Shown: in pieces, positions 8,426-17,797 of the stretch
Layout of the letters: every line of letters begins with the position of its first letter
Numbering within the stretch: position 1 is the first letter of the stretch
From: Candidatus Latescibacterota bacterium
Lineage (GTDB): Bacteria > Latescibacterota > UBA2968 > GCA-2709665
NCBI GenBank assembly: GCA_965226795.1
Contig: CBDDDZ010000003.1
Coordinates: 544,001 to 608,000, forward strand
Direction: 5' to 3'
DNA: 64,000 nt
Notes under the pieces: model-generated
Told to the model about the DNA's origin: nothing
The model's input: only the letters and a program-made list of their open reading frames with translations
Databases searched by the model: none
Made by a program: the position numbers and the translations under genes

Positions 8426-10015
8426 CTATTTGGCCATCACCATCTTGCGCGTGACCACGTCTGTACCTGCTTGAAGCCGATACAGGTACAAACCCGTACT
8501 CACCTGTCGCCCGGCAGCGTCACGCCCGTCCCACACGACCGTATAGTTTCCCGCGGGCTGGAACTGTCGAACCAGCAACCGGACCTCCTGGCCCAATAGG
8601 TTGTAGATTGCCAGTTTCACGGCGACTGCTTTGTCCAGAGAATAGCGAATGGAGGTGGCGGGATTGAACGGATTCGGACGGTTCGTTCCCAGCGAAGCCG
8701 CAAGTGCCCTGATGGGGTGTACATCGCCATTTAAATTGACCTCATAAGTCACACGCCGTCCGGGCATCAGCGGAATGCTGTGCCAGCTTGCAATGGTTGC
8801 GCCGTCTGTGGAGCGCACGCGCGCCCGGTACATGCCGTTTACACGACGTCGCTCGTCCGCTGTCACCATTACCACGGCACGCCCCGTCTCTTCTGTCGTC
8901 TTGCGCCACGCATAGACGGGCGCGCGGCCGGAAATCGAACGCGAAACTTCCACCGTAAGACCGCTCGGATCGCCATCGCCAACGACCTGTACATCCACCA
9001 GGGCGACACCTTCGAAAGCCGTATCGTTCTCCAGGTATATCCCGGCACCGACGATAAACGTCTGTCCGAATACGTTGATCGGCATCACGTAGCTCAACTT
9101 GGGCGACTGTGTGTCTTCATCTCCGATGACCGCCGGATTATCCCAATAGTATTTCACAAACCCGCCCCCCGCTACCCCTGTCGCAATGATCTCCCGGACA
9201 ATTTTGACCCCGTTGACGTCTTCGACGTCGATCATATTTTCCCCATATTGACTGGGGTCGGCGGTCCCGTGAAAGATCAGTACACCTGAGGTACTCACCA
9301 CAAAGATGTAAATCGAGCGATATTTGAAATCCTCGCCCTCGGTCCTGATCGCGGCCTGGACGGTTGCCAGGTAGGGATAACCCTTTTCCTCGATGATGGG
9401 AACGAGAACTCCCAGACCTTCCACAAAAGCTTTCAGAGACTCCCTGTCCTTCACGTCACGGGCCGTTACCGCCAGCAACTCAAAGATGTTCGGTTCGGCG
9501 TCGACGTCCGACAGGTCCATATGAAAACCGCCCGACAGGATAAACTCACTGCCCTGAACGGTAACCGGAACCGCGTAGATCACCCTGGCTGAATCGGCGT
9601 CTCCCTCCACGGCAGGATCGTCCCAATAGTACTCGACGAATCCGCCGCCGCCATTGGCCGCGTCGAGCATGTCACGGACGATTTTCGTGCCCCTTGCATC
9701 TTCGAGATCGATCACATTCTTGTCCTCAAACGTCACATCCGCGGCGTGAAATTGTACGAGGCCTTCGGCAGTCATTACAACGAGATAGACCGAACCGGCC
9801 TTCCAGTCATCCTCGGTCCTGAATGCCTCCAACAATCGCGAGACCTCGGCGAAGTCGGCGGCGCTTTCCAGGGAATCCTTGGCCGTTTCCACAAAGGCCA
9901 TCAGTGTTTCCCGGTCCACCACGTCGCCCGCCGTTGTCCTATTCTCCTGCGCAGAGGCGGGATGCATAGAAAAACAGATACCAGCCAACGCCAGAATCGT
10001 CATCAGAGATCTCAT
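8426..10015 (-). CDS. Exported protein: signal peptide + two single-Cache domains + unrecognised module + FlgD-Ig/secretion-type C-terminal domain
   Basis: MRSLMTILALAG..ASAQ; two repeats of YxxV..G...FH....D+EDxxGxKIV....GGGFVxYYWDxP; C-terminal NRPNPFNPATSIRY...IYNLLGQEVR...WDGRD..G..VSTGLYLYRL. Confidence 0.85.
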   Translation of the reverse strand: MRSLMTILALAGICFSMHPASAQENRTTAGDVVDRETLMAFVETAKDSLESAADFAEVSRLLEAFRTEDDWKAGSVYLVVMTAEGLVQFHAADVTFEDKNVIDLEDARGTKIVRDMLDAANGGGGFVEYYWDDPAVEGDADSARVIYAVPVTVQGSEFILSGGFHMDLSDVDAEPNIFELLAVTARDVKDRESLKAFVEGLGVLVPIIEEKGYPYLATVQAAIRTEGEDFKYRSIYIFVVSTSGVLIFHGTADPSQYGENMIDVEDVNGVKIVREIIATGVAGGGFVKYYWDNPAVIGDEDTQSPKLSYVMPINVFGQTFIVGAGIYLENDTAFEGVALVDVQVVGDGDPSGLTVEVSRSISGRAPVYAWRKTTEETGRAVVMVTADERRRVNGMYRARVRSTDGATIASWHSIPLMPGRRVTYEVNLNGDVHPIRALAASLGTNRPNPFNPATSIRYSLDKAVAVKLAIYNLLGQEVRLLVRQFQPAGNYTVVWDGRDAAGRQVSTGLYLYRLQAGTDVVTRKMVMAK

Positions 10016-10289
10016 GATATTATTCTCCCTGGAAATGTCGTATTGGATTGTATGAACATGGCAGATCATGATAGCGGTGGGTGTTCAGAAAGTCAACGTA
10101 CGCAAGAGGAACAGCGCAGAAACCGCGAGAGCCGTTGCGAGCAGACAGGTGACACTGACAAAGACGCACATGCGCCGCATATCCTCGGGCCGGCCGCCTT
10201 CCGGGTCGGATTCATCGCCCAGCCAGAGGTCCGTAATCCGTGGAATCAGTTTTCAGCCGTCAGCTTAACCTGGTTAACGATACGGCCTG

Positions 10290-11069
10290 GCGATATCAAT
10301 TTACGCATATCCGTTTGTTTGTAGGGGCGGTTCGCGAACCGCCCGCCTTGTGGATCCTCAAGTTTCATCCCTCGGCCACCCGGTGGTGGCGCGAGGGCTT
10401 TTGTTCGCGGCATAAAACGTGCCGCTCACCATCAGCCTCGAACGCCAACACCAGGCGTCCCCTGTTGTCCCGATAAACCTCCGGAACAACAGGTCACCCG
10501 CTACGCGGGCGGACGTAGATTCCGCGCTCTATCACACAACATCACTATCGTACCGAACCTCGTGAGGTACTATCAAGCTTACGGTTGTGGTGTGGGGGGT
10601 TTTTCCGTGTTCATCCGACCAGCACCGTAGTATTGGTACAGTTAAGGAGCCTGTAGGCCACCCAATTTCCGCTTATGCCCCTGAGGTGATTCACGGAAAA
10701 ACCGGCTCCGCGCCGAGCGGCCTGCCTGCGCCGAGCCGTGCTCGGCAGGCAGGCGCGGTTCTTTTTGGTCCTTTTTCTTACGCGAATAAGAAAAAGGACG
10801 AAGAGGAAAAAAGTTGAAGTGAGAGGTAAAGTCTGTGTTGCCCCGAACGCAGTTCCAAAAAAATAGCCGTGAGAGGGAAGATGGGAAAAGTAAGAGGACC
10901 ACACCGCACTCGCGCTCCTCTAAGCGATTCTTTTCAAACTGAATATTGCGAGAATCCGATTGCGGACGCCTCACCTGTCAAAGTTGCCAACACCTCTATC
11001 GTCTTCCCTCTCACGGCCTCTCGAAAAAGGGCAAGGGAATAGGGGACGTCAGGGGGTGGGGAAGATTCT
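10290..11069 (+). repeat. Mosaic intergenic repeat, copy 1 (GTAG-REP, CCTGCCTGC..GCAGGCAGG palindrome, T/A-rich hairpin modules)
   Basis: GTAGGGGCGGTTCGCGAACCGCCC at 10321-10344; module order matches 23010-23349 in reverse complement, with two extra ~200-bp inserts. Confidence 0.8.
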
Positions 11070-11116
11070 AACTTACCTGTGGCGAAACATGAGCGTTTCG
11101 ACAAGTCCAATAGTGA

Positions 11117-12361
11117 TCATCCACCACCAAATTCCGAAGCAAAGATCAGGAAATCGGGAAAATCAACCTCTCCATTGTCGTTCAAATCGAACCTGGTTTC
11201 GAAGTCATCGTCACTGGCTGTGCTGCCAAACGTGGAGGCAAATGCCACGAAATCGCTGAAATCCACCACACAATCGCCATTGAAATCCGCCGCGCTGCCC
11301 ACGAACGCAATGCTCGCCGGCGGCAAGCCCGTGCTGATCGGACCGGCCAGAAGTTCATCCGTATTCACGTCGTAGATCTTCACGCCGGCGGAAGCCGGAT
11401 CGACGTGACTCCCCTGATCCAGAATGTACAACCGCGAACCGAATACGCCCAGGCCGGGCACAAATCCGCCGGAAAGACCGTCCAGTCCTTGAGATGCAGT
11501 TTGCGCCGTTAAATTGAGGCGCTTGACGGTATTGACGAATTTTTCGTCGGTAACCACGGCATACCCATCATTATCGGAAGTCATCGCTAAAGAGCCCAGG
11601 TTGCCGCCCGCAGTCGCCTCATCAAGCACGATACCTTCGCTCCTTCGATTCTCCAGATCGATCACCTCAATGCCGCCGTCCGTCAAATCGGTGTACGTAT
11701 TAACCGCGCTCAAGAACCACTTACTACCTCGCTGTGCTGCCCCCGCGAGATTCCTGCTGTTCATTACAATCCCCTGCACGCCCTCGGTATCCGCATCCGC
11801 GTCCACCAATAGGTCTGTTGCCACGTCAACAATCGCGATCACCGAAATATCCGTCGGCGCCCATTCTTTCTCCCTATCCAGCCGATGACATGCTGCGAAC
11901 AAATGACTCCCGTATAGGGCCAGTTGAGATACTTCCGGCAGACCGTCCGCATCCGCGAACGCGGATAAATCGACCGAACCCAACGAATCGCCCGAAACGG
12001 GATTTACGATGAGCAAATGCGTTCGTCCAAATCGCGAAATATAGGCTTTCTCTTCGCTGACAAAGGCGATGTCGTGGGGATTCGAGCCGTTTCCTGTCGA
12101 ATACTGCGTCAACGGTGTCGCCAGATCGTCGCGACTCAAAACAATCACATTGTCCTGTCCCAGGCGATTGAGAATATACACCTTGCCGCGATACGTACGA
12201 ACCACGGCATCCGCATGGATCGTCAGATGATCGTTGGTTGCCGTATGCGTGCCAAGATCCAGGCTCGACAGACTGCCGCTGCTGTAAGCCGTTGTGGTAA
12301 TAACCGCCTGATTCGCCAGTGCATCGGTTGCAAGAAACAGAACCATCAGAAACCACCTCAT
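11117..12361 (-). CDS. Exported YncE/BtuG-like beta-propeller with C-terminal EF-hand/dockerin-like pair
   Basis: GSNPHDIAFVSEEKAYISRF propeller blades; C-terminal ADFNGDCVVDFSDF...FDLNDNGEVDFPDF; downstream of the TonB receptor; start at ATG after GGAGGGG. Confidence 0.75.
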   Translation of the reverse strand: MRWFLMVLFLATDALANQAVITTTAYSSGSLSSLDLGTHTATNDHLTIHADAVVRTYRGKVYILNRLGQDNVIVLSRDDLATPLTQYSTGNGSNPHDIAFVSEEKAYISRFGRTHLLIVNPVSGDSLGSVDLSAFADADGLPEVSQLALYGSHLFAACHRLDREKEWAPTDISVIAIVDVATDLLVDADADTEGVQGIVMNSRNLAGAAQRGSKWFLSAVNTYTDLTDGGIEVIDLENRRSEGIVLDEATAGGNLGSLAMTSDNDGYAVVTDEKFVNTVKRLNLTAQTASQGLDGLSGGFVPGLGVFGSRLYILDQGSHVDPASAGVKIYDVNTDELLAGPISTGLPPASIAFVGSAADFNGDCVVDFSDFVAFASTFGSTASDDDFETRFDLNDNGEVDFPDFLIFASEFGGG

Positions 12362-12487
12362 TAAATCTTCCCCTCCGGTTACAAGTAAATAAACGACCAC
12401 TTGATTCGTGGTATTCGCCCGATAAGCCGGCTTCAGTTGAAAAGGGCCGATCCGCCTCGCGGACCTGCCTTCTCCTGTCTTCCATGC

Positions 12488-14683
12488 CTATTCCGTGTTC
12501 ACACTCACAAAAAACGCGCGTCCCGGCAGCGGGTAACCCCAGGTATCGGCGATTTGCGCACCGGATATATTTTTGGCCTCAAATCCGATTTTAAACCGCC
12601 GCCCGGTATCCACTTTTACGCCCGCGTTGTAAACGTGTCGCGCCGACAGAGGCCGTCGATTCGCCTGGTCGAGAAAGCTGTTGCCCTCCAGGCTGTAGTC
12701 GTAGGTCACCGTACAGCGTCCCAGCCGCGCCGTTGCCCGGGCAAACAGCGCGTGGGGCGGACGATTGGGCAAAACGTTGCCATTCAAATAGGGAATGTCC
12801 GATCGGTCCCTGGCATCTTGAAACGTGTAATTCCCGGACAGGTTGAAGCGGGGACCGAAGCGCTTTCGCGCGGTTATTTCGAGCCCGTACACCCGCGCAC
12901 TGCCAATGTTGACGGGGCGCGACGTGGCTTGCGACGTGTGGACAAACTGGATCAGGTCTTCATAGCGGTGATCGAAAAACGCCAGTTCCAACGTGGTTGT
13001 CCCATCCGAATAACGCAGGCCACCATCCCACGCGAATCCGTATTCGGGCCGGAGATTGACGTTGCCCACCACACCGCCGCGGTCGCCAAAAAGCTCGAAG
13101 AAAGAGGGCACCCGGAACACACGCCCCGCATTGGCCTTGAACGCCAGGTGCGATGCCAGATCCAGACGCACGCCCGAGCGCACGGTGGTGAGATTTCGCG
13201 TATTTGCGGAATCGGGCGCAAGCGGCGAAAAGTCAAAGGGATTGGCGCCGGTATAAGAACTGTGTATCCGGCGTTGTTCGGCATTCAACGACCACACGCC
13301 GACTTTTTCGGGTAATGAAACATCGATGCCGGCGCGCGCGGACAACGTCCATCGCCGGCTGTCGAACAAATTGGCGATGGTTCGGATCCGCGTTGTGGGC
13401 ACATAGGCCTCCCGGCGCAAACCAATCACGGCCGCGATATCGCAGCGCGAAAACAGAACCGTCTGCAAACGGCTCCGCCACCCAAAAGTGCGCGTGCGAT
13501 AATCGTTATCCTGGCGACCCGTTCCAACTTCGCCGTCGAGATCGCGGAAGCGTTCATTGGTGTGGGTGACATAGAGCGATTGACGCGTACCCAGGCCGTT
13601 CGATAGCGCCCGATTTTCGTATGTTACTTCGGTCATGGTCCGGAAGGCATCCAGCTGCGCGTTCCGCGACTGATTGTTGCTGATGCCGGGCATGCCCTGG
13701 TATTTCCAGTACGCCGTTTCGTGGATGGAAACATTACTGTTTCTCCCCAGAGCGCGGCGCCAGTTGCCCAGCAGGTTGAGAGATCGGTGTTCGTTGTTCC
13801 GGCGCCGGCTCCAGACGTCGTCATCGGCATTGTATTCAGTTCCGTTGTCGTCCAGGAAGCCGAAATCGTTATCGCTTTGCGCATAGTCGGCCACAACGAG
13901 AAACTCCGACTGACCGAGCGCTCCCGCGACCACGCTGCTGAGTAATCGTGTATCAAAAGCTCCCCACGAGCCTCGAACGCCGTGTCGCCATCGTCTTTGC
14001 GGCGGGCGCGTGCGGACGTGCACCGTGCCGCCCAGTCCGTTGCCAACCGCGCCCGCGCCGCGATACACCTCGATCTGCCCGACGTGCGCCAGCGGCAAAT
14101 TGCCGAGGTCTACGCCTCCGCCAAAGGCGGCGTTCAACAGAATGCCGTCGAGATAGACCTCGACCTGATCGCCGGATGAACCCCGCAGTGAGAGCGTGCT
14201 GAAAGCGCCCAACCCACCCAGGCGCTTAATGTGTACACCCGTGGCTTCGGCCAATACATCGGGCAGGGTCGTATCTCTGCCCTCGAAACTTTCGCGCGCA
14301 ATTACGGTTGCATACGCCGGATTCCTGTGAATATCGCCGGCTCCCATGGGATCGGCGATCACCGAGAATTCATCGAGGGGAAAGGCCCTGGGTGACAGCT
14401 CGATTGCGACGTCAGTCTTTCCTGTCACGAGGGAGGTGCGTTGCCCGGCCTGGTAGGCGATATGCGTTATGGCGAGGGAGTAGTCGCCGGGCGTCAGATC
14501 AGAAAAAGCGAAATGACCACGGTCATCCGTCTTGGTCGCAAGATCGTCGTTGAGAATGCGGACACTCGCGTTGGCGATGGGCATTCGCGTCTCCGCATCG
14601 GTGACACGGCCGGCAATCTCCGCCGCCTGAAGCGGCGTACTTGCACAGAGAATCAGGAATATCACGGCTCGTATCGTTTGCAT
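12488..14683 (-). CDS. TonB-dependent receptor, probably cobalamin (BtuB-like)
   Basis: N-terminal carboxypeptidase-regulatory-like domain, plug SLRGS...VYLDG...IEVYRG, C-terminal GYPLPGRAFFV; under the cobalamin riboswitch. Confidence 0.9.
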   Translation of the reverse strand: MQTIRAVIFLILCASTPLQAAEIAGRVTDAETRMPIANASVRILNDDLATKTDDRGHFAFSDLTPGDYSLAITHIAYQAGQRTSLVTGKTDVAIELSPRAFPLDEFSVIADPMGAGDIHRNPAYATVIARESFEGRDTTLPDVLAEATGVHIKRLGGLGAFSTLSLRGSSGDQVEVYLDGILLNAAFGGGVDLGNLPLAHVGQIEVYRGAGAVGNGLGGTVHVRTRPPQRRWRHGVRGSWGAFDTRLLSSVVAGALGQSEFLVVADYAQSDNDFGFLDDNGTEYNADDDVWSRRRNNEHRSLNLLGNWRRALGRNSNVSIHETAYWKYQGMPGISNNQSRNAQLDAFRTMTEVTYENRALSNGLGTRQSLYVTHTNERFRDLDGEVGTGRQDNDYRTRTFGWRSRLQTVLFSRCDIAAVIGLRREAYVPTTRIRTIANLFDSRRWTLSARAGIDVSLPEKVGVWSLNAEQRRIHSSYTGANPFDFSPLAPDSANTRNLTTVRSGVRLDLASHLAFKANAGRVFRVPSFFELFGDRGGVVGNVNLRPEYGFAWDGGLRYSDGTTTLELAFFDHRYEDLIQFVHTSQATSRPVNIGSARVYGLEITARKRFGPRFNLSGNYTFQDARDRSDIPYLNGNVLPNRPPHALFARATARLGRCTVTYDYSLEGNSFLDQANRRPLSARHVYNAGVKVDTGRRFKIGFEAKNISGAQIADTWGYPLPGRAFFVSVNTE

Positions 14684-14686
14684 ACG

Positions 14687-15874
14687 CTATGGATCCAGCT
14701 TTCGATAGTACTTGAGTTGGTGATCCGGGAGCAGGTCCGGGTGAAGGATCTTTATGAGATCAGCCAGCAGAACGTCCGGTTCGATCAGGCCCGTTTCCCA
14801 ATAGTCGTTACCGCCGTGCTCATTAAGGCGCGCATTGGCATTGAAGACATTTCCAGTTTTGATCGCCCTGAAGTTCCCGTAACGTTCATCCTCGGCCACG
14901 ACGTCGTTGCGAGAACGCCACTCATTCCTCATCGTTATCCAGTATTCGGCATCGTGCGCCTCTTCGTAGACCGTTTCGAAATCCAGCGACAAACTCCGTT
15001 GCGATTCATTGTCCGCCCACAGGTAATCCGCGCCCGCCTCCTCGAGCAATTGCGCGGCATACGTTTTTCCGCCCGACATAAACCATGTCCCGCGCCATAG
15101 GGATCCCACGAAGACGGTGGGTCTTTTGTCTACCGGCAGATTCCGCGTCAACGCCTTGCGAACCCGATACCGGGCTACAACACTGTCGAATCGCGCGGCG
15201 GCCAATGCCTCCTTATTGAAAAAAACGCCTACGAATTTGAGCCACTCCACGCGTCCGAGCAGCGTCGGTTCGGCATAGGCGGCATTCACAACGGCGGTCA
15301 CCCCGGCCTGCTGCAGAGGGTGAAACGCATTATCCTGCGACGGCGCGTCGATGAAGACGATATCGGGCCGGAGCATGAGAACGCGCTCCATATCGATGGA
15401 TCTGCCCCTGCCGATTTCCGATATCCTGCCCGCTGTAAAACGCTGTTTGACGGCCTCTGAATTGACGAATTTGATGTTGTCGACCGCAACGAGGCTTTGA
15501 ACCTCATCCAGCTTTTCGATATGCGGCAGGTGCGTCGTGGACGTGGTTATCAGAGACCGTACGGGAATCCGTATCCTCGGAACCCCTTCAAAGCCATCGG
15601 GCGATTTCCGGCCGCGCTGTACCAGGACGTACCGAAGCGTTTCCCGCGTTCCGGACCCCGGCGCCAGGACGGACACGATCTTGTACCCATCGAAGTATTC
15701 AACGCCAAATCCCTCTGCATATTGCAAAGACAATTGGGCGGAGACAGGCATCGCCGCAACCCCGACCCCTATACAACAAAGCGTGTGTATCCATCTTCTC
15801 AGATTCACCACGACGAACACCCCCAGTTCCAAATCCACGCTCTGACGCCCCTCCCGGTTAGAAGTAAGACGCAA
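14687..15874 (-). CDS. Cobalamin/iron-chelate ABC substrate-binding protein (BtuF-like); true start probably ~60-70 nt downstream
   Basis: IPVRSLITTSTTH, EPTLLGRVEWLKF, GNDYWETGLIEPDVLLADL; first gene after the riboswitch. Confidence 0.9.
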   Translation of the reverse strand: MRLTSNREGRQSVDLELGVFVVVNLRRWIHTLCCIGVGVAAMPVSAQLSLQYAEGFGVEYFDGYKIVSVLAPGSGTRETLRYVLVQRGRKSPDGFEGVPRIRIPVRSLITTSTTHLPHIEKLDEVQSLVAVDNIKFVNSEAVKQRFTAGRISEIGRGRSIDMERVLMLRPDIVFIDAPSQDNAFHPLQQAGVTAVVNAAYAEPTLLGRVEWLKFVGVFFNKEALAAARFDSVVARYRVRKALTRNLPVDKRPTVFVGSLWRGTWFMSGGKTYAAQLLEEAGADYLWADNESQRSLSLDFETVYEEAHDAEYWITMRNEWRSRNDVVAEDERYGNFRAIKTGNVFNANARLNEHGGNDYWETGLIEPDVLLADLIKILHPDLLPDHQLKYYRKLDP

Positions 15875-16008
15875 GACGCGAGTTCAGGCGCAGCTGACAC
15901 CTTGGCGCAGCGGGTAACCCGCCCCTTCTGCTTCTTGTGCTCGCTTCATTCGGTTATCCGGCGGTGATGGGTGGTCCTTTCACCTCTTACGTCTGGCCTC
16001 TCACCGCC

Positions 16009-16043
16009 AAAAAAAATCCCTGACTTCCTTGCGGAAATCAGGG
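16009..16043 (-). terminator. Intrinsic terminator of the riboswitch expression platform
   Basis: Minus strand CCCTGATTTCC-GCAA-GGAAGTCAGGG-A-T8, between the aptamer and the first gene. Confidence 0.85.
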
Positions 16044-16130
16044 TCATCGCTTTCACGATAGAAACCACATGGCCGAAGCGCATGTTATCTCAACCTTTTC
16101 CCGAATCCGCGAGGAATTTTCATGGTCTGA

Positions 16131-16279
16131 GATTCAGGCAGGTCTTCTGGCTCCTGGATCACCTGGTTCTCGCGCCTTCCCGGTTTTAACCAGTGGCATC
16201 GCGGCGAGAAACATCCCCAGTTACAGCGGCGGGACCGCAACGGATTTTAACCGTTTTCCCTATTTTGTAACCTGAATCC
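16131..16279 (-). ncRNA. Cobalamin riboswitch
   Basis: Minus strand AGGGAA..CGGTTAAAATCCG..GCGGTCCCGCCGCTGTAA...GCCACTG...GGGAAGG...B12 box AGCCAGAAGACCTGCC, closed by GATTCAGG/CCTGAATC. Confidence 0.95.
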
Positions 16280-16561
16280 GGAATTACTATGGCAATGTCG
16301 TGTTATCTAAATGTGGAAAATCCTCCCGTGAATGGCCCCTGTGGTGAATCGTGAGCCGACCCAACGAAGGCGAACCGTAATCTATGGATACGAAATATAC
16401 GCCGCTGATTCCATAACATCAAGAACTTTGTTTCTAATCGCTCAGTGTCTGGTCTGTTCGGGAACAGCACGTCTCCGGCTGTCGGCCTTCAAGGGTCGGA
16501 TTCCTGCAGCCATTCGGGTGTCTGCCGGCGAGTTGGCAACTGAGTGTTACTGGATGATGGG

Positions 16562-16738
16562 CTATAAGCCGGTGCTCGTGTCTACTGATGGTTCCTTATG
16601 TTCATCCAGTTTTAGTCCCGATTTTTCCTCAATATACGCAATCTGCTGTTTAGGAGTCATTCCTCTCATTTCTTCGCTCATACGATCACGGAGAGTCCTC
16701 ATAATTTGGACCGCGTTATTCTCCTGATTTGTCTTCAT
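16562..16738 (-). CDS. Small putative antitoxin partner of the PIN protein (58 aa, not in ORF track)
   Basis: MKTNQENNAVQIMRTLRDRMSEEMRGMTPKQQIAYIEEK...; AGGAGG RBS lies inside the PIN gene 3' end. Confidence 0.7.
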   Translation of the reverse strand: MKTNQENNAVQIMRTLRDRMSEEMRGMTPKQQIAYIEEKSGLKLDEHKEPSVDTSTGL

Positions 16739-17186
16739 AATAAACCTCCTGAGGAGAGCGAATCTCCAAGGGGGGATACCCCTGTTTCAAATTCACGGCG
16801 TTAAAAGCGCGAATGCGACTCCACTTGACGATGTGTTGGAAATTCCAACTAACCAGGATGTCTACTCGTTGAACCGTGGCAATCGCGATATGCTGCGCAT
16901 CTACGCGATGGGCATCGCCTACTACAGCGTCTTCAATATAGGCCTCCGAGAGCAATGTCGCTTCCTCATCCAGAAACACCCGCTCCGCGGACTCAAGAAC
17001 AGGGAGTTGCAAAAGAGATCGGAAGGCTTCCGGGGCTTGGCCCAGTTCAGCAAGGGTAACATTCGACAGTACAGCCTTAAATCTACCCACTTGAAAATTG
17101 AAAAAAAGACGCCTCGAATGCAGACGAAATTCATCATCCAAATATCCGCCGATGACGGATGTGTCGATGTACACTTTTGGAATCAT
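16716..17186 (-). CDS. PIN-domain (VapC-like) nuclease
   Basis: KVYIDTSV, DAQHIAIATV..VDILVSWNFQH. Confidence 0.9.
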   Translation of the reverse strand: MIPKVYIDTSVIGGYLDDEFRLHSRRLFFNFQVGRFKAVLSNVTLAELGQAPEAFRSLLQLPVLESAERVFLDEEATLLSEAYIEDAVVGDAHRVDAQHIAIATVQRVDILVSWNFQHIVKWSRIRAFNAVNLKQGYPPLEIRSPQEVYYEDKSGE

Positions 17187-17267
17187 AGGATCTCATCTTT
17201 ACAAGAAACCGATAGCTACTAACCAATTTACCCAAACGGTCTCCAGTTTGCCAACCCCTATCTCGGA

Positions 17268-17286
17268 CCCTGAGCGTGTCGAAGGG
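17268..17286. repeat. CCCTGAGCnTGTCGAAGGG repeat unit
   Basis: Same unit as 859-877 and 900-918. Confidence 0.65.
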
Positions 17287-17373
17287 CATCGAGGGGTGGC
17301 GACGGGTTGCCATATGCCAGACCGCCTGCGACAGCGCAGCGCAAACGCTGTTTCAGATGAAGTTATCGCAAAT

Positions 17374-17730
17374 TCAGGCTTGCAATGTTTGGACAGAATT
17401 GTACGTCAGTTCCCAGTGCTTCTCTCCCGGCCACTCCCGGTACTGAATGTCCGATCCGAAGCCACTCAGAGCGGCAACGAGTTCCTGTTCGGTCGGGAAA
17501 TTCTTGACGATATCGTACTCTTGTCCATCCGAGAGAACCCGCCGCTCAATGGTATCGCCGTGGGAATCGGCATGCCTTTGTGTGGCCATACTGTCAACTC
17601 TGGGAACGTCATATTCAAGTTGATCCGTAAACAGCACAAGCGCTCCAGGAATCAGCCTGCGGCGAAGTGATAGCAGAAACTCCCGCACACGGGATTTGGG
17701 GATGTGCGACCACCGCCAGACAGCGAACGC
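17374..17730 (-). pseudogene. C-terminal remnant of a class I SAM methyltransferase-like gene
   Basis: WSHIPKSRVREFL..L.PGALVLF.D...R.L.DG.EYDIVKNFP; no N-terminal glycine-rich SAM motif. Confidence 0.55.
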
Positions 17731-17797
17731 TTCCAGGATGCCGCGACCCGCCAGGTATGAGCACAATTGCAGGCTGAAGGCACGTATCTTTGCTCCT

